DNA of 64,000 bases from the NCBI GenBank assembly GCA_965207735.1, contig OZ242296.1:3680001-3744000 (forward strand), written 5' to 3'. Numbering within the stretch: position 1 is the first letter of the stretch; each line of letters opens with the position of its first letter. Position numbers and translations under genes: made by a program. Below are positions 8,328 through 17,652 of the stretch, piece after piece. The notes beneath the pieces were generated by a model. It did not search any database and was not told the DNA's origin. It worked only from the letters and a program-made list of their open reading frames with translations. This DNA is from Candidatus Versatilivorator sp. GTDB lineage: Bacteria; Acidobacteriota; Terriglobia; Versatilivoradales; Versatilivoraceae.

Positions 8328-9356
8328 TTGAAAACAGACCAATCGGGAAGTCCGCCGGCCGGTCATGCGCCGGCCGGTCATGCGCCGCGCGTGCGTTTTT
8401 CGAAAGCGGCTCTGATCTACAACCCCACGGCCCGGCGGCTGCGGTGGCGGCCGGCCCGCAAGCTTCGGGCGGTATTGGAACACATTCGCTCATTCGGGTT
8501 CGCGGTGGAGGTCCACCCGACGGCCGACTCCCACCATGCCACCAGCCTGGCGCGTTCGGCCTTGCAGAGGGGTTGCGACCTGATCATCGCATGCGGGGGA
8601 GACGGCACCGTCAACGAGGTCGTCGGCGGCATGGCGGGGTCCCGGGTTCCCTTGATGGTGATCCCGGCCGGTACGGCCAATGTCCTGGCGAAGGAAATCG
8701 GCCTGCCCCTGGATTGGGCCGATGCGGTCGGGGTGCTCCGGACCGGTCCGATTCGTCGCATTGCTCTGGGCAGGGTCGGCAGCCGTCCCTTCGTGCTAAT
8801 GGCCGGTATCGGAGTGGACGCCGCCGTTCTGGGTTCGGTGCATAAAGGCCTGAAAACGCTCCTGGGACAGGGGGCCTTCTGGATGGCGGGTTTGCGGCAG
8901 CTCCTGAGCTACCCCTTTACGCCATTCGAGGTTCAGGCAGAGGGAGAATCCCGGCGAGCCACCTTTGCGGTGATCGGCAGAGCGAGGAACTATGGCGGCG
9001 GGTTTCAGATTGCCGGCCAGGCGGACCTTTTTTCGGAAGATTTCCAGGTGTGCCTGTTTCAGACCAGGAGCCGATGGCGTTTCCCCCATTATTTCTGGAA
9101 TGTGCTTCGCCGGAGGCACCATCGCCTTTCGGACGTGCTCCAGTTCCGCACCCGCTCCGTCCTGGTCAAGGGCAGCCCGGAAATCGGAGTCCAGGTTGAC
9201 GGTGAGTTGATGGGCTGCTTGCCGCAGTCGTTGACGATTCAGCCCGATGCTCTGTCCCTGCTCATTCCGGGGCCGGGGGCCGGGGAAGAATCCAGTGGGG
9301 GTGAGGCAGTCACTCCGCGGAAGGCAGGGGACTCTGCCAAAGGGTCCTTCCGATGA
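8328..9356 (+). CDS. Diacylglycerol/lipid kinase family protein (YegS/DgkB-like)
   Basis: IYNP, ACGGDGTVNEV, IPAGTANVLA, QVDGE; start uncertain. Confidence 0.9.
   Translation: MKTDQSGSPPAGHAPAGHAPRVRFSKAALIYNPTARRLRWRPARKLRAVLEHIRSFGFAVEVHPTADSHHATSLARSALQRGCDLIIACGGDGTVNEVVGGMAGSRVPLMVIPAGTANVLAKEIGLPLDWADAVGVLRTGPIRRIALGRVGSRPFVLMAGIGVDAAVLGSVHKGLKTLLGQGAFWMAGLRQLLSYPFTPFEVQAEGESRRATFAVIGRARNYGGGFQIAGQADLFSEDFQVCLFQTRSRWRFPHYFWNVLRRRHHRLSDVLQFRTRSVLVKGSPEIGVQVDGELMGCLPQSLTIQPDALSLLIPGPGAGEESSGGEAVTPRKAGDSAKGSFR
8353..8387 (+). repeat. 15-bp tandem duplication in the kinase N-terminus
   Basis: (CGCCGGCCGGTCATG)x2 + CGCCG, encoding PAGHA twice. Confidence 0.8.
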
Positions 9357-10029
9357 AGAAGGGTCCCAGGGATTCAATGTATTGGGAGGTCTGGCGGGTC
9401 TTTCGCATGGACTGCACGACGTGAGAGAGGGGATGGAGATCACGGCCGATCAGGCCGATCACGAAGTCGTTGTCGTTCTTGTCCAGCCCGTGACAGGCCA
9501 GACGGACGTCGTGAGCCAGGTCGGCCTCTCCATAGGCCCTTCCGATGGTGGCGTGCTCGCGCAGGATGGCGCTCTGTTGGGCCGGCTCCAGACTGGCAAA
9601 GGCCCCGGAACGCCTGAGAGGGTACCAGATGGCCCAGGGCCAGTCCGGATTGAGCACCGTTCTGCGAGTTTTGTGCAGCAGCCAGTGCTCCAGATCGGGC
9701 TCGAATCCCGAGGCATAGGTTCTCCCCAGCATGGTCAGCTCGGGCTTGGGCGACAGCCCCGCCAACGGTGGGGAGTTCAACAGTTCCCGCCATCCCGTCA
9801 CGAAATAGGCGGGATCCTCGCTCATGCCCAGCACGGCAATGCCCCTCGGGTCGTTCAGGTCCTGATAGAGGACCAGGTCGTGGGAGCTCTGCTCCAGGAC
9901 TCGAATGACCGGTGCGGAACCGGCGCAGTTGCCGAAGACCTGCAGTTGCAGGAACAGGCGGCGATCCAGGCTTTGCCCCCGGGCTCCCCGCTCCTGGACA
10001 TCGATCTTCAGGCCGGCCGAATGGTTCAT
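9310..10029 (-). CDS. Coproheme decarboxylase (ChdC/HemQ) / chlorite dismutase superfamily protein
   Basis: WYPLRR...ILREHATIGRAY...HGLDKNDNDFVIG; follows ccmD; overlaps the kinase 3' end convergently by 47 bp. Confidence 0.8.
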   Translation of the reverse strand: MNHSAGLKIDVQERGARGQSLDRRLFLQLQVFGNCAGSAPVIRVLEQSSHDLVLYQDLNDPRGIAVLGMSEDPAYFVTGWRELLNSPPLAGLSPKPELTMLGRTYASGFEPDLEHWLLHKTRRTVLNPDWPWAIWYPLRRSGAFASLEPAQQSAILREHATIGRAYGEADLAHDVRLACHGLDKNDNDFVIGLIGRDLHPLSHVVQSMRKTRQTSQYIESLGPFFIGRTLWQSPLPSAE

Positions 10030-10061
10030 TTTCGAATGCGCTCCAATCGTACGGATGGAGG

Positions 10062-10205
10062 TTACTCTTCTCCCGTCTTGTCCAGGGCTTCCCGCAGCCG
10101 GGCCAGCTCCTGCTGCAACCGGACTTGGCGTTGGCCGATACTGAAGACATATCCGAAGAGGATGAGCCACATGATCCCGTAAGCCGCCAGCAGGTAGTGA
10201 TTCAT
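10062..10205 (-). CDS. ccmD: Heme exporter protein D
   Basis: MNHYLLAAYGIMWLILFGYV (TM) plus a charged tail; overlaps the ccmC stop. Confidence 0.85.
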   Translation of the reverse strand: MNHYLLAAYGIMWLILFGYVFSIGQRQVRLQQELARLREALDKTGEE

Positions 10206-10897
10206 CGGACCTCCCTCAGGTGGCGCTGGGCGGTCCGCCGGAGACTCTCGACGGATTCCCGGCTCCTTTCCAGGTCGCACCCCATTTTCCAGAGGCAAAA
10301 AAAGAGCAAAGTAAATGCCAGCACAGTCACCAACAGGGCCAACAGCATATCCGGATGCAAGCCGGAGTCCTCGCCGCCGGCGATCACCGGCTGGGGGTGC
10401 TGAGTCCGCCACCAGCGGTTGGCCATGTAGACGATCAAGGCGTTCACGGCTCCGAAGATACTGACCACGGCGCTCAATCTCGCCCGCTGCTCCGGTGAGT
10501 CCACCAGCCGGCGCAGCATCAGGTAGCCCATGTAGATCAACCAGAGAACGAAGGTGGTGGTGAGCCGGGCATCCCACGTCCACCAGATCCCCCAGACAGG
10601 CTTGGCCCAGATGGGTCCGCTGACGAGGTTGAGGGTCAGGAAGACCGCACCCACCTCGGCCGCCGAGGCTGCCCGAATGTCCCACTGGCGGTCGCGTTTC
10701 CGCAAGAAGCGGAGGCTGCAGAAGCACACCAGGTAGATGGCCAGGAAGCCCACCCAGGCGGCGGCGACGTGGAAGTAGAAGATCTTCTGCACCACCCCCA
10801 TGGTGAGTTCCACCGGCGCCAGCACGAAGATGGCGTACAGCGCCGCCACCATGGCCAGCAGGGCCAGCAGTCCAAGTCGTTTTTGCAAGCTTTCCAT
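10202..10897 (-). CDS. ccmC: Heme exporter / cytochrome c biogenesis protein C
   Basis: IFYFHV, WAKPVWGIWWTWDARLT (WWD domain), WWRTQHP. Confidence 0.95.
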   Translation of the reverse strand: MESLQKRLGLLALLAMVAALYAIFVLAPVELTMGVVQKIFYFHVAAAWVGFLAIYLVCFCSLRFLRKRDRQWDIRAASAAEVGAVFLTLNLVSGPIWAKPVWGIWWTWDARLTTTFVLWLIYMGYLMLRRLVDSPEQRARLSAVVSIFGAVNALIVYMANRWWRTQHPQPVIAGGEDSGLHPDMLLALLVTVLAFTLLFFCLWKMGCDLERSRESVESLRRTAQRHLREVR

Positions 10898-10977
10898 CGG
10901 GTCTCTCCGCTCCCGTGTTGGAGCCGACCGAATAATCGGGACATATTACCCAAATATGGAGCCGAGCGCCAAGAACC

Positions 10978-11658
10978 TCATTTCTCGAGGACGTAGTCGA
11001 AGGTCATCAGGGGAAGGGTCACGAAGATGATGTCGTAGGCCGCCAGCACCTGCATCCAGAAAAACATCACCGGTTCCTCCGCGGGTTGGGCGAAATTGGC
11101 GGCCGTAGCCAGGACCGCGCTCAGGATCACCGGCAGGACCAGGGGCACCAGCAGCACCGGCAGCATGACCTCGCTCATGCGGGTGTTGGCGGAAACCGCG
11201 GCCAGCAGGGTGCCCACCGAGGCAAAGCCGAGAGTTCCCAGGAAGGTGATGGCCGCCATCCAGCCGATCCTGGGCCAGATGGCGTAGTTGAAGAGGAGGG
11301 AGAACAGGCAGAGAATGATGGCCTCCGCCAGCAGCAGCAAGAGCAGGTTGGCCAGCATCTTTCCCAGGTAGATGCTGCTCCAGTTCACCGGAGACAACAT
11401 CAATCCCTCCAGGGCGTCATTTTCCTTTTCGCCTACGAAGGATCGGTTCATGCCCAGGAGTCCCGCGAAAATGAAGGTCATCCACAGGAGCCCCGGCCCG
11501 AACTTCCGGATCTCCTCCGAATCCGGCTCGAAAGCGAAGTGAAACATCAGGATGACCAGGAGCCCGAAAAGCAGCATCGAGGCCAGGACATCCTTGGTCC
11601 TGTACTCGGTCAGAAGGTCCTTCGTCAGAATTGCCGCCGTCTGGCTCCAGAACTTCAC
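10978..11658 (-). CDS. ccmB: Heme exporter protein B
   Basis: KDLLTEYR, PGLLWM, RSFVGEKENDALEGLML, MLPVLLVPL. Confidence 0.92.
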   Translation of the reverse strand: MKFWSQTAAILTKDLLTEYRTKDVLASMLLFGLLVILMFHFAFEPDSEEIRKFGPGLLWMTFIFAGLLGMNRSFVGEKENDALEGLMLSPVNWSSIYLGKMLANLLLLLLAEAIILCLFSLLFNYAIWPRIGWMAAITFLGTLGFASVGTLLAAVSANTRMSEVMLPVLLVPLVLPVILSAVLATAANFAQPAEEPVMFFWMQVLAAYDIIFVTLPLMTFDYVLEK

Positions 11659-11740
11659 GCTCGCGCCTCACTCTGCCGGCGATGCTCCCAATCCGAAGTA
11701 ATCGGGTTGCGGCCGATCTCCCGCATTCAACCCCCTGAGC

Positions 11741-12475
11741 TCAGTTCCTCAGGCTCCCCGAGCCGAGAGGCGATGCGTGTAGAAACCGCCGGTAGCGGCC
11801 TCGAACCGCTGCAGAATCGCCGGTCCATTCCGTCACAATGCGGCCGCGGTCCAGAAGGATCCAGCGGCTGACCCCCTGCAGACCCTGCTCCAGGTTGTGA
11901 GTGGCCATGACGATGGTGCGCCCGGCTGCCGCCCATTGTCGCAACCTCTCCGAGAGCAGCTCGGCTGCTTCAAGGTCGAGGCCGGTGAAGGGTTCATCCA
12001 ACAGTACCAGTTCGGGCTCATGCAGGGTGGCCCGGGCAATGGCCAGGCGCTGCTGCATTCCGCGAGAGAAGCCGCGTACGGGACGATCGGCGCTCAGGTT
12101 CAACCCCGCCTCGGTCAGGGCGGCGGCAACCCGTCGGGGCGCTCCCTCGAGTCCGTGCAAGCGGGCGTGCAGCCGCAGGTTTTCTCTGGCGGTCAAGCCG
12201 GGGTAGAGAAAGGTCTGGTGGGCCACCAGGCCGATGCGTTCCCTCCCGCGCTCGGGGTCCTGGTCAATCTCCACGCCGCAGATCCGCACCCGGCCCCGGT
12301 TGGGTCTCACCAGTCGAGCCATGACTCGCAGCAAGGTGGACTTGCCGGCGCCGTTGCGCCCCAGCAACACCACGAATTCGCCCCGCGGGACGCTCAGGGA
12401 AATATTCGCCAGGGCCGGGTTGAGCCCAAACCATTTCTCCACGTTCTCGACCACCACGGCGGTGTTGTCCATCAT
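11741..12475 (-). CDS. ccmA: Heme ABC exporter ATP-binding protein
   Basis: Walker A GRNGAGKST, signature FSRGMQQR, Walker B LLDEP; RBS GGGAGGAG upstream; position in the ccm cluster. Confidence 0.9.
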   Translation of the reverse strand: MMDNTAVVVENVEKWFGLNPALANISLSVPRGEFVVLLGRNGAGKSTLLRVMARLVRPNRGRVRICGVEIDQDPERGRERIGLVAHQTFLYPGLTARENLRLHARLHGLEGAPRRVAAALTEAGLNLSADRPVRGFSRGMQQRLAIARATLHEPELVLLDEPFTGLDLEAAELLSERLRQWAAAGRTIVMATHNLEQGLQGVSRWILLDRGRIVTEWTGDSAAVRGRYRRFLHASPLGSGSLRN

Positions 12476-12492
12476 CGGATCACTCCTCCCTC

Positions 12493-12659
12493 GACTACCT
12501 GAAACAAGACAAAAAAGAGTTATCCACGAAGGGACACGAAGGACCACTAAGGCGTTGAGGTGAACCGCGACGGGATACCAAGGTCACGAAGGGATGGTCG
12601 ATAGCTGATTGTTTCACTCTCGTATGATCCGCACGGCAGGTCGGCGGCCGGACTTGTAT
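12493..12659 (-). repeat. Modular dispersed repeat, cargo type 1, inside the ccm cluster
   Basis: CCTGAAACAA...GAGTTATCCACGAAGGGACACGAAG...TTGTTTCACTCTCGTATGATCCGCACGGCAGG. Confidence 0.9.
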
Positions 12660-12680
12660 TTAAGGTGCCCGTCGTTGCGA

Positions 12681-13850
12681 TCAGGGGCGCTTCTTTTTGC
12701 GCTTTCGCGCCTGCTGGTGAAGCCGTTCCCGGGATTGCTGACCCAGTGCGTAGAAGATGATGGCCAGGGACAGAGCCGCCAGGATTCCCAAGATGAGCGT
12801 TCGCTGCTCATAGACGCGGTTCGGCAATCGGACCACCCGGAAATCGGAGTCCTCGCCGTGATCGTGGCCGTCATGAGGGGAGTGTTCGGGGGCCTCGCCC
12901 ACGATCCTGAGGTTGAGAAACTCTCCCTCGGCGATCTGGGTGATGTGGAAGGTTGCGGACTCGGTCCGGGAGTCGATACCCGTGGAAACCACCCCCGTGC
13001 CCGTGACTTGAAGGTCGGACGGCTTCACGAACAGTTGAGAGTGGTCGGTCCCGTTGAGCAGCCGAAACTTCAGTTGCCGGTCGTCGCTGGGAAACCGGAC
13101 GTTGTAGGCGACCCAGATTTCATTGATTCCCGGCTTCATGGGGTAGTTGATCCGATAACCGCCTCCGTCCCGGATGAGGGGCCGCTGAGGCAGGGGAATT
13201 CTCCCCAGGCCCAGCACCGACACCTTCAGATCGAGTGGAGAGTCGGGAGTGTCGAACTCAAAGGTCGACTGGGAATTTGCCAGTGTTCGCTTGGGTTGGG
13301 AGTTGTTGGTCAGGAGGTATTGGTGCTCGATCCGCAACTCGTTGCCGTGAGCCAGGGCGACCATGAAGGGCATGGAAACGCCGACATCACTGAGCTGGGG
13401 CGCCGTTTCATAGATGGTCAGGAGCTGAGGATCCGCCATCTCGGCCGTGGAAGACAGCGAGCGGTTGTAGTTGACTCCCCGGTAGATGGTGCGCAGCAGG
13501 ATGTGAGGGCTTGAAGGGGCCAACTCGACCTGTCCGAAGGAAAACCGGCCCTCTTTGCCGGTGAAGGTTTCCTTGGTGACGTTCATGCCCTCTCCCAGGG
13601 TCAGAAGCTCCACCTTCTGGTTGGCTGCCGGCTGGCCGGTGGTCCCGTTGATCACCTGTCCCGAGACGGAGGACTGGGCCCAGGCCGCTTGCCAGCAAAG
13701 GCCGGATACCCAGAGGAGCATCAGAAGCAGGCCAAGGCAGCGGGGGGCCGGGCAACGATCTTCCTTGCTATGCCTGGTGCCCCATTGGCCGGGAATGCTG
13801 GCTATCATGGAAGTCGCTCGGCCCTTCTTCGGTGAACCCCTCGCGGCCAT
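12681..13850 (-). CDS. Exported, C-terminally anchored protein with a carboxypeptidase-regulatory-like beta-sandwich (ccm accessory)
   Basis: Signal peptide ending AAWAQ; VSGQVINGTTGQP; His-rich HSPHDGHDHGED; C-terminal TM and basic tail; start uncertain. Confidence 0.75.
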   Translation of the reverse strand: MAARGSPKKGRATSMIASIPGQWGTRHSKEDRCPAPRCLGLLLMLLWVSGLCWQAAWAQSSVSGQVINGTTGQPAANQKVELLTLGEGMNVTKETFTGKEGRFSFGQVELAPSSPHILLRTIYRGVNYNRSLSSTAEMADPQLLTIYETAPQLSDVGVSMPFMVALAHGNELRIEHQYLLTNNSQPKRTLANSQSTFEFDTPDSPLDLKVSVLGLGRIPLPQRPLIRDGGGYRINYPMKPGINEIWVAYNVRFPSDDRQLKFRLLNGTDHSQLFVKPSDLQVTGTGVVSTGIDSRTESATFHITQIAEGEFLNLRIVGEAPEHSPHDGHDHGEDSDFRVVRLPNRVYEQRTLILGILAALSLAIIFYALGQQSRERLHQQARKRKKKRP

Positions 13851-13929
13851 TTTCCCCGGGAAGGCCGGAAGTAGGGGCGGTGTGTCGATTGGAACCCCGA
13901 AGGACGGGGAGGAGTGGAAGGGTGTCGGT

Positions 13930-14301
13930 TCAAGGCTTCTTGGATTTGCCGGGGCGCTTGCCGCTCTTCAGCACAGCCACCACCTGAGGCCGGTCCGTCC
14001 GGTCGAGCGGTTCGGGCTGGATCGATTCGATCTGACTTACCACCTCATAAGCTTCTCTCAGGTAGTCCTGATGGAGTCGCTCGTAGTCTTCGTCGGAGAG
14101 TTTCCCCATCTTGTACTCGAAGTCCAGGTCCTTGATGTTCTCGTAGATGGTCTCCTTCCTTCGCAGCAGGCGCTTCAGGCCGGTGGCGCGGCTGTCGATA
14201 TCCACCAGGAAGGGGCTGCCGGCGGTGGATACCAGCGGGCGGAACACGTAAAAAGCCACGGCCAGGGAGATCAGGGTGCATGTCAGAACCAGCCAGACCA
14301 T
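13930..14301 (-). CDS. CcmI-like N-terminal domain protein
   Basis: TM ending FRPL, then YENIKDLDFEYKMGKLSDEDY (CcmI/CycH-type helix). Confidence 0.75.
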   Translation of the reverse strand: MVWLVLTCTLISLAVAFYVFRPLVSTAGSPFLVDIDSRATGLKRLLRRKETIYENIKDLDFEYKMGKLSDEDYERLHQDYLREAYEVVSQIESIQPEPLDRTDRPQVVAVLKSGKRPGKSKKP

Positions 14302-14369
14302 GGGAGTTGAACCTCGAATCTCGAAGGATGACGTCTGTTCGGGGTGTGGCGGGACCGCGGACCGGGGAC

Positions 14370-14921
14370 TCAGTCGAAATCCTTCAACTCCTTTTCCATC
14401 CGGTTGCGATACTCTTCCGGGATGGCCTCCGGATCGGCTGGAGTCGAAGCCGGGAGCGGCTGGCGCCGGGTCCACACCCGGACGACCCGATAGAGCACCA
14501 TCATTCCTGCCAGCAGAGCCACCACCGGCAGGGTCCAAGCCACCAGGTCGAAGCCCTCGCCGGAAGGGGCCGAAAGAATCACGCCACCGTACTTGGCCAC
14601 GAAGTCGTCGACGACCTGCTCTTCCGTCATTCCCGCCTGAAGCTTCTGGTCGATCTCGCTTCTGAGCGGGTTGGCGGAACCGCAGTGCAGCATGCCACAG
14701 CCCGACAGTTGGTGGTTGCAGCTGCACTGACAGACAAAGTTCTCGGAAACCTTCTTGACCTCGGGCGAAAATATTTGCGCGGAGGCCGGCGAGGGAAGCA
14801 GGATTCCCAGAAGCAGAATCAAGGCCGGAAAGCGATACCGGACGGAAGCGGCGCTGCCGGCCGGGAACGGAATCGCGAGCCGTCCGTCCGTTGCCTGTTG
14901 GCCGACACTAGACCTTGGCAT
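14370..14921 (-). CDS. ccmH: CcmH/CycL-like cytochrome c biogenesis protein (Cys-rich variant)
   Basis: CQCSC...C-x4-C, GMTEEQVVDDFVAKYG, ILSAP, AWTLP plus TM; start uncertain. Confidence 0.8.
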   Translation of the reverse strand: MPRSSVGQQATDGRLAIPFPAGSAASVRYRFPALILLLGILLPSPASAQIFSPEVKKVSENFVCQCSCNHQLSGCGMLHCGSANPLRSEIDQKLQAGMTEEQVVDDFVAKYGGVILSAPSGEGFDLVAWTLPVVALLAGMMVLYRVVRVWTRRQPLPASTPADPEAIPEEYRNRMEKELKDFD

Positions 14922-16938
14922 AAGACTTGGCCTCGACTTTCAGTGGAACCTTCTGAGCAGACCGCTCGTGCTGGTTGGGGATCAGGCAGATCACCGTCCC
15001 CAGGATAAAGACGGCTCCTCCGATCCAAAGCCAGGCGACCAACGGTTTGATGTAAGCGTGAATGATGAACCTGGAACCATCCTGGTCGGGGCCGGCAAAG
15101 ACCACGTAAAGGTCTTCCTTGAGCGTCCGGTGGAGGGCCACCTCGGAGGTGGGTTGCTTGCTGGTCTTGTAGAGCCGCTGTTCCGGCTTGATCTCGGATA
15201 GAGCCTGCCCCTCCTTCCAGACCTGAATGCGGGCCATGGCGGAGGTGTAATTGGCGTTGTCGGCGTTCTCGACCTCTTTCATCTCCAGCGTGTAGCGGCC
15301 GATTTCCAGCTTGTCTCCGGGAACCATGGCTTGCTGCTGTTCCTGGTCAAAGCCGGCCCCGGCAAATCCCACGAACAGGAAGACCATGGCCACGTGCACG
15401 ATATAGCCGCCATGCCGCCGGGTGTTGCGGAAGGTCAGGATCCAGAGAGACTGCAAATAGCCCTGACCCTGCCGGCGCCGCGCGCGGGCTCCCCGATGGA
15501 ACTCGGTCAGAATCGTCACCGTCACGAAGACGCAGAGCATGAGGCAGACGGTCGAATAGAAGTGGCGCATCCCGAAGGCCACAAACAGCACGCCTGCCGC
15601 CAGCCCGGCCGCCAGCGGAATGGAGAAGTTTTTCCGCAAGCTGCGCAGGGAGGTTTTTCTCCAGGCTAGCAAGGGTCCGACACCGGTCAGGAAAAGCAGG
15701 AACAGCCCGATGGGGATGTTGACCTGGTTGAAAAAGGGAGCCCCCACGGTTCGTTTCTCGTTCGTGACCCATTCCGACAGGATCGGAAAGATGGTCCCCC
15801 ACAGCACGGCAAAGGTCGTCGCCAACAGAACCAGGTTGTTGAACAGGAAGCTGCTCTCCCTGGATACGACCGAGTCCAGTCGGTTCTCGCTCTTGAGTTC
15901 ATCCAGGCGGGTGAAGAGAAAGTAGAGCGACAGAGCGGTCATCAGGATGAGAAAGGAAGAGAAGAAGGGACCGATGGGAGACTGGGCGAAAGAGTGGACC
16001 GAGGAAACGATCCCGCTACGAGTGAGAAAAGTGCCGAGAATGCACAGCAGGAAGGTGGCCAGAATCAGGACCATGTTCCAGACTTTCATCATCCCCTTGC
16101 GCTCCTGCATGATGACCGAATGCAGGAATGCCGTCCCGGTCAACCAGGGCATCAGGGAGGCGTTTTCCACCGGGTCCCACCCCCAGTAGCCGCCCCAGCC
16201 CAGCACCACGTAGGCCCACATGGCGCCCAAGAGGATTCCCGTGCCCAGGAACAGCCAGGGGACCATCATCCACCGCCTGGTCGTGCGGATCCATTCCTCA
16301 TCCAGTTCCCGGGTGATCAAGGCGGCAATGCCGAAGGCAAAGGGGATGGTGAATCCGACGTAGCCCACGTACAGAATGGGGGGGTGGATCACCATGGCCC
16401 AGTATTGCAGCAGGGGGTTGAGTCCCTGGCCGTCGGGGGGACTCCAGGGCACCGGCGCTTCCCCCGCCCGCGCAACCCCGATCGCGTCGAAGGGGTTGGC
16501 GACGAAGTTGTTGATCAACAGGAAGAAGGTGGTCACCATGGCCACCACCCCCACCACCCAGGGCATCAGGGTGGGATTTCTCTTGCGGTGGACCAGGACC
16601 GTCACCATGGAGAAGAGAGTCAGAATCCAGCACCAGAAGAGCAGAGACCCTTCCTGTCCTCCCCACAGGGCTCCCAGCTTGTAGTACCAGGGCATGGCCT
16701 GGTTGCTGGAGGAGGCGACATACTGGATCTGGAAGTTGCTGGTGACGAGCTGATACCAGAGGCTCATCACGGCGATGGTCACCAGGACGGTGACGGCGAC
16801 GGCGGCTCTTTCTCCGGTGGCGGCCAGACGGCGGTGACCGAATTTCCCTGCCAGCAGCGACGCTACCAGCACATAACAGGACAGGCCAAAGGCCAGCAGC
16901 ATGCTGAACTGTCCGACATCGGTCAAAAAGACTTGCAT
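14908..16938 (-). CDS. ccmF: Heme lyase CcmF
   Basis: WGGQEGSLL, GLNPLLQ, IHPP, WGGYWGWDPVENAS, SVHSFA. Confidence 0.97.
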   Translation of the reverse strand: MQVFLTDVGQFSMLLAFGLSCYVLVASLLAGKFGHRRLAATGERAAVAVTVLVTIAVMSLWYQLVTSNFQIQYVASSSNQAMPWYYKLGALWGGQEGSLLFWCWILTLFSMVTVLVHRKRNPTLMPWVVGVVAMVTTFFLLINNFVANPFDAIGVARAGEAPVPWSPPDGQGLNPLLQYWAMVIHPPILYVGYVGFTIPFAFGIAALITRELDEEWIRTTRRWMMVPWLFLGTGILLGAMWAYVVLGWGGYWGWDPVENASLMPWLTGTAFLHSVIMQERKGMMKVWNMVLILATFLLCILGTFLTRSGIVSSVHSFAQSPIGPFFSSFLILMTALSLYFLFTRLDELKSENRLDSVVSRESSFLFNNLVLLATTFAVLWGTIFPILSEWVTNEKRTVGAPFFNQVNIPIGLFLLFLTGVGPLLAWRKTSLRSLRKNFSIPLAAGLAAGVLFVAFGMRHFYSTVCLMLCVFVTVTILTEFHRGARARRRQGQGYLQSLWILTFRNTRRHGGYIVHVAMVFLFVGFAGAGFDQEQQQAMVPGDKLEIGRYTLEMKEVENADNANYTSAMARIQVWKEGQALSEIKPEQRLYKTSKQPTSEVALHRTLKEDLYVVFAGPDQDGSRFIIHAYIKPLVAWLWIGGAVFILGTVICLIPNQHERSAQKVPLKVEAKSYAKV

Positions 16939-17037
16939 GAAGTGATTTCTATAAGAGTTCGGTGCTGAATTGACCCGAGGATGGGCGCCGGAGGGAACAA
17001 CTCGCGGCGTTTCACTGTCCGCTCCAGCCCGGCAGGA

Positions 17038-17469
17038 TCATTGGTCTTGACCGGCTGCCTGCTTGAGGGCCTCCTGGCTGTAGGTGGCCTCGTACTTGGA
17101 AGCGCATTTGGCCTGAACCACGGTCGACTGAAACTCTCCGCTGGGCAGCAGCTTGCCCTCCGCCATGGCCTCGGCGTCATCCTTGAAGGTGTCGGGCAGC
17201 AGGTCCTTCCCGACATAGCTGATTTGCAGGCTGTGTCCCTCTTGCTCCAGGGTGAACCGGACGCCTGCGTCTTTCTTATGGATGCTCCCGGGAACGACGT
17301 TGCCGGCTACCCGGATCCGCCGGCCGTAGGCTTCGTCCCCCATGGCTTGCAATTCGTCGACGGTCTTGTAGTAGGCCACACTTTCGTCGAAGCTGCTGAA
17401 TCCCAGCCAGGTGACCGCCAGCACGATAACCAGAGAGCCAGCCAGGAACTTGATTTTTCGCTTGTCCAT
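17038..17469 (-). CDS. ccmE: Heme chaperone CcmE, CxxxY variant
   Basis: N-terminal TM, YYKT, IRVAGNVVPGSI, LPDTFK, AKCASKY in place of AKHDENY. Confidence 0.92.
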   Translation of the reverse strand: MDKRKIKFLAGSLVIVLAVTWLGFSSFDESVAYYKTVDELQAMGDEAYGRRIRVAGNVVPGSIHKKDAGVRFTLEQEGHSLQISYVGKDLLPDTFKDDAEAMAEGKLLPSGEFQSTVVQAKCASKYEATYSQEALKQAAGQDQ

Positions 17470-17652
17470 GTCTTCTTCCTTAACCCGCCGTCAACCATTC
17501 GAGTCTCGTGACGCCCGGCAAAAACCCGACGAGAACATTTTACCCGCCGGCCACGATGTTAGGCAAGTTTAAGGCATGCGCCGATTCTTACAGTGTTCCT
17601 GGCGGGAGCAGGCCATGGCAGGCAGAACCTATTGGCATGCAAGAGCCGGGAG

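Noticed and set aside
8353-8387. 15-bp tandem duplication as a phase-variation locus
   Set aside because: In frame, only about 2.3 copies, in a low-complexity N-terminus
12476-12547. Extended N-terminus of ccmA (likewise 40581-40730 for the MFS and 54309 for clpB)
   Set aside because: These upstream starts lie inside repeats or TIRs; better starts exist downstream
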